IMG/VR virus record: IMGVR_UViG_3300029911_000001
Span: 62,001-126,000 of that record
Direction: 5' to 3' (one strand)
DNA length: 64,000 bases
The translations under genes and the position numbers were made by a program. The first letter of the stretch is position 1; the number at the start of each line of letters is the position of its first letter. The notes beneath the pieces are model-generated. The model saw only the letters and a list, made by a program, of their open reading frames with translations, made no database searches and was not told the DNA's origin. Positions 62,697 to 64,000 of this stretch are shown one piece after another.

Positions 62697-64000
62697 TATG
62701 GTTGCCCCGGAATGTAGTCTCTACCCACTGTGCGTTCTACTTGGAAGGTGAAGGAGAAATCCCATCTAAAAGGATTACTGGCGTCCATAGTCCATGTCAG
62801 AGATTTGAAGTACCCCTCATAAACGAAGTTACGGAATTGCATCACCACCGAGCCTCGCGTCAAGGCATCGTTATTTCTGCCGTTCATCTGCTGAGCACTG
62901 AGACCTAAAGCTGGAGACCAAGCGTCAATACCTGTCCAGTCTCGTGTCTCACTGGTATTACCCGGATTCACCACTGTTCCACCAGATGATGATTGGGGTG
63001 AGTATATTTTGTTCCAAAGCCAAACTGAGCCGTTCATCTTGAACAAGGAGAGGAGTTCCTGAAATGCATCTTGAGCCGCAACGCGGAAGGCTGTGCTCTG
63101 GGTGACCTTCAATCCACTGAGACGGGTTTGGAAATTTGAGTCAGAGCCCACCGTCCGGTACTCGCTTACCACCCCACCTGTAATACCCCCCTCACCGAGC
63201 ACCGTGCTGTTGTCAATGGTGGCGGATGGGTTGTTGCTCAACGTGAGTCCGCTGACAACAAGACGCTTCAAGTTCTCATCCACATTGAACGTGCTGAAGT
63301 AGTCCGTGATGCCAAACTGATTCATAAACACACCGGTTGAGCATTGACCCGATATAATGTCAGCCTGACTTCCCCACATCGTTATATGAAATGCTGTGCG
63401 AGTCTTTTGCTGATGGTAGAGATGCTTCATGGCGAGGCTATACTGCTTCATCGAGGCGTTCAACTGCAATATAATCGGTTGCCCCGTCCGCCCTTTGTCT
63501 GACAGGGTAAAGTCCTCAAGATATATTTTGAATGTGACCGGCTGCACTTCTTTGCGAAGACGGGGGTTACCCGTGATAAGACTTGTGTCCTGAAACCATG
63601 GCGTGATACCGGATAACCCTTCACCCTCCACAACATCGGGAAACAGTGCGTTATACGCATCCGTGCTAATGTCATTGTTGGTTAGAGGCTTGGCTACAAC
63701 AGCAGTGCGACCCAAATCTGGGAGATTATCTGTAGGAGAGGATGTCATCCCAACTTGTTGAATTACCGTCTGAACAGCAGAATTAACCGATTCTCTACCG
63801 GAGGCTGACGTTGCTCCCTTATATGCAAATGCGGCATTGGCGATATCCCCGTTACTAGCGGAGAGAGCCTGCTTCCACACCTTAGCCCCCGCTGTTAGAT
63901 TATCCGCGATAAAAGAGGGGGAGTTAGGGTCGGCGGAGGAGGGAAGTCCCAAAGACGCAGCAGTAGTAGGTAACACCTGTGCCGGTCCCTGCGCCCTCTG
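62696..64000 (-). CDS. Putative tail/baseplate protein with N-terminal SLT-like domain (5' end outside window)
   Basis: DNLTAGAKVWKQAL...NGD..NAAFAYKG (transglycosylase-like); the C-terminal domain resembles 61515-62696 (YEGYFKSL...ASNPFRWDFSFTF). Confidence 0.6.
   Translation of the reverse strand, partial: QRAQGPAQVLPTTAASLGLPSSADPNSPSFIADNLTAGAKVWKQALSASNGDIANAAFAYKGATSASGRESVNSAVQTVIQQVGMTSSPTDNLPDLGRTAVVAKPLTNNDISTDAYNALFPDVVEGEGLSGITPWFQDTSLITGNPRLRKEVQPVTFKIYLEDFTLSDKGRTGQPIILQLNASMKQYSLAMKHLYHQQKTRTAFHITMWGSQADIISGQCSTGVFMNQFGITDYFSTFNVDENLKRLVVSGLTLSNNPSATIDNSTVLGEGGITGGVVSEYRTVGSDSNFQTRLSGLKVTQSTAFRVAAQDAFQELLSLFKMNGSVWLWNKIYSPQSSSGGTVVNPGNTSETRDWTGIDAWSPALGLSAQQMNGRNNDALTRGSVVMQFRNFVYEGYFKSLTWTMDASNPFRWDFSFTFQVERTVGRDYIPGQP

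Noticed and set aside
1-64000. Genome-wide TAG reassignment (code 15) suggested by the CUA tRNA
   Set aside because: Multi-kb genes are open in code 11, and several genes end in TAG followed directly by the next gene or intergenic signals

Overview
The window is a 64-kb piece of a large tailed dsDNA phage, probably a jumbo myovirus, and almost all genes are on the minus strand. From ~1 to 10 kb lies a translation/tRNA module. It has two PTH2-like peptidyl-tRNA hydrolases, an RNA ligase, tRNAs (Gln, Thr x2, Ile x2, an amber-suppressor CUA tRNA, a D-arm-less tRNA-like RNA), a circularly permuted tmRNA (tag ANSNVALPIAA) and a ~900-nt highly structured ncRNA. From ~10 to 19 kb are accessory or virion enzymes (methyltransferase, ADP-ribosyltransferase-like, ParB-like, Dps, Nudix, GIY-YIG). 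From ~19 to 44 kb and ~53 to 64 kb are baseplate, tail and Ig-repeat fibre genes. From ~44 to 53 kb is an accessory island (AIPR, DUF4338, XF1762/Mom-like, nucleotidyltransferase, tRNA-Gly-like) plus a lambda-type endolysin. The best candidate for an undescribed system is at 3321-3673. A promoter drives four tandem 34-35-nt tRNA minihelices, each ending in NCCA and spaced by exactly 1 nt. They are followed by an Ile/Thr-rich leader peptide with terminator/antiterminator pairing, upstream of the phage's own tRNA-Ile and tRNA-Thr genes. Also notable is a PTH2-like gene with an amber stop at codon 3, near the phage's amber-suppressor tRNA. All calls come from manual motif reading and hand folding; no searches were run.
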